NCBI GenBank assembly: GCA_951406725.2
Contig: OX597816.1
Location: 47,554,001-47,618,000 of the forward strand
DNA from: Octopus vulgaris
Lineage: Eukaryota
DNA length: 64,000 nucleotides
Reading direction: 5' to 3'
Shown: piece after piece, positions 63,380 to 64,000 of the stretch
Layout: each line of letters opens with the position of its first letter
Position numbering within the stretch: the first letter of the stretch is position 1
Translations under genes and position numbers: made by a program
Notes under the pieces: generated by a model
Told to the model about the DNA's origin: nothing
What the model saw: the letters and a program-made list of their open reading frames with translations, nothing else
The model's database searches: none

Positions 63380-64000
63380 AACCTGTTCATGACCAGAGTT
63401 TGATTTTATGAGGAATTTCACAACACAAAGGAACAAGTATGGTTTCTGCAGGCTTGTCAAACCGACTTTCATCCAACTTATATTGAGGTCTTTTCTTGCT
63501 GGCTTGGAATGCTTGTGATATTTCTCTGAATAAAATGTAACACCATGTCTTCAAAAGGCTAAAAGTTCATTGCCTTTTTGCTTATGTATATTTTATGCAA
63601 CTCCCAGGCATTTATTCATTGATACATCAATCAAGCAGATAATAAGACAAGATTACCATTTTTTTTTTACCTTTGAATAGCAATCTTATATTTTGATGTT
63701 CTCATCCTTTTGCTCTGTTCCCATGTATCCATTATCAACTTTTAAGAGATGTGGTTGTGCTGTATAAGAATTGTGACTTTTAGGTAGTGATGAATAGTTA
63801 TGAAGCTTGGAAGACAGATTGAACTGCTGCTGCTGCTGTGTTTGGTCACACTTTTACTGTATTATTCTTTTTCCATCTGCACACTGGTATTTCATTGTAT
63901 GCATTCATTGAAATACCAAATGAAACTCTTTCTTCTTTTTTTTCCTCAATCCACTCTCTTTTCCTTTGGAGCAAACAGTTCTCATTGCTTTGACTAATTT
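63380..64000 (-). mobile_element. Decayed piggyBac transposase fragment (PGBD2/3-like)
   Basis: Across frameshifts: CRWKKNNTV...QPHLL..NGYMG...DENI..YKIAI.GKK.W...LIDVSMN.AWELHK....MNF.AF.RH...FY.EKY. Confidence 0.75.

Noticed and set aside
63800-63997. Signal-peptide-like plus ORF
   Set aside because: Antisense to the piggyBac relic; the Leu run comes from (CTG)n

Overview
AT-rich, microsatellite-dense eukaryotic DNA made almost entirely of nested transposable elements. No intact host gene is recognisable, and nearly all short ORFs in the track are by-products of repeats and microsatellites. The repeat families look like those of an octopod cephalopod (inference from family resemblance, not a database hit). 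Contents: (1) roughly 30 full or partial copies of a tRNA-headed SINE with an internal (TA/TG)n tract ('SINE-A'), plus three other tRNA-like SINE families; (2) 3' ends of RTE-clade LINEs with (GAT)n tails and hairpin-rich tandem arrays in the 3' UTR; (3) CR1-like and L1/Tx1-like LINE 3' ends; (4) two Penelope-like elements, a decayed Neptune-like one and a young 5'-truncated Hydra-like one with a terminal hammerhead ribozyme; (5) mariner, DD37D/Tc1-like, pogo, hAT, piggyBac and Helitron-like relics; (6) a 115-bp solo LTR with a 5-bp TSD. Most notable observations: several hammerhead-like motifs with non-canonical cores in small non-coding elements, constant-stem/variable-loop arrays in RTE 3' UTRs, a SINE sharing its 3' end with the Tx1-like LINE, repeated use of the SINE-A microsatellite as an insertion site, and a template-switch copy of unique DNA from 40 kb away. 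Coordinates were read by eye, so boundaries of old elements are approximate.
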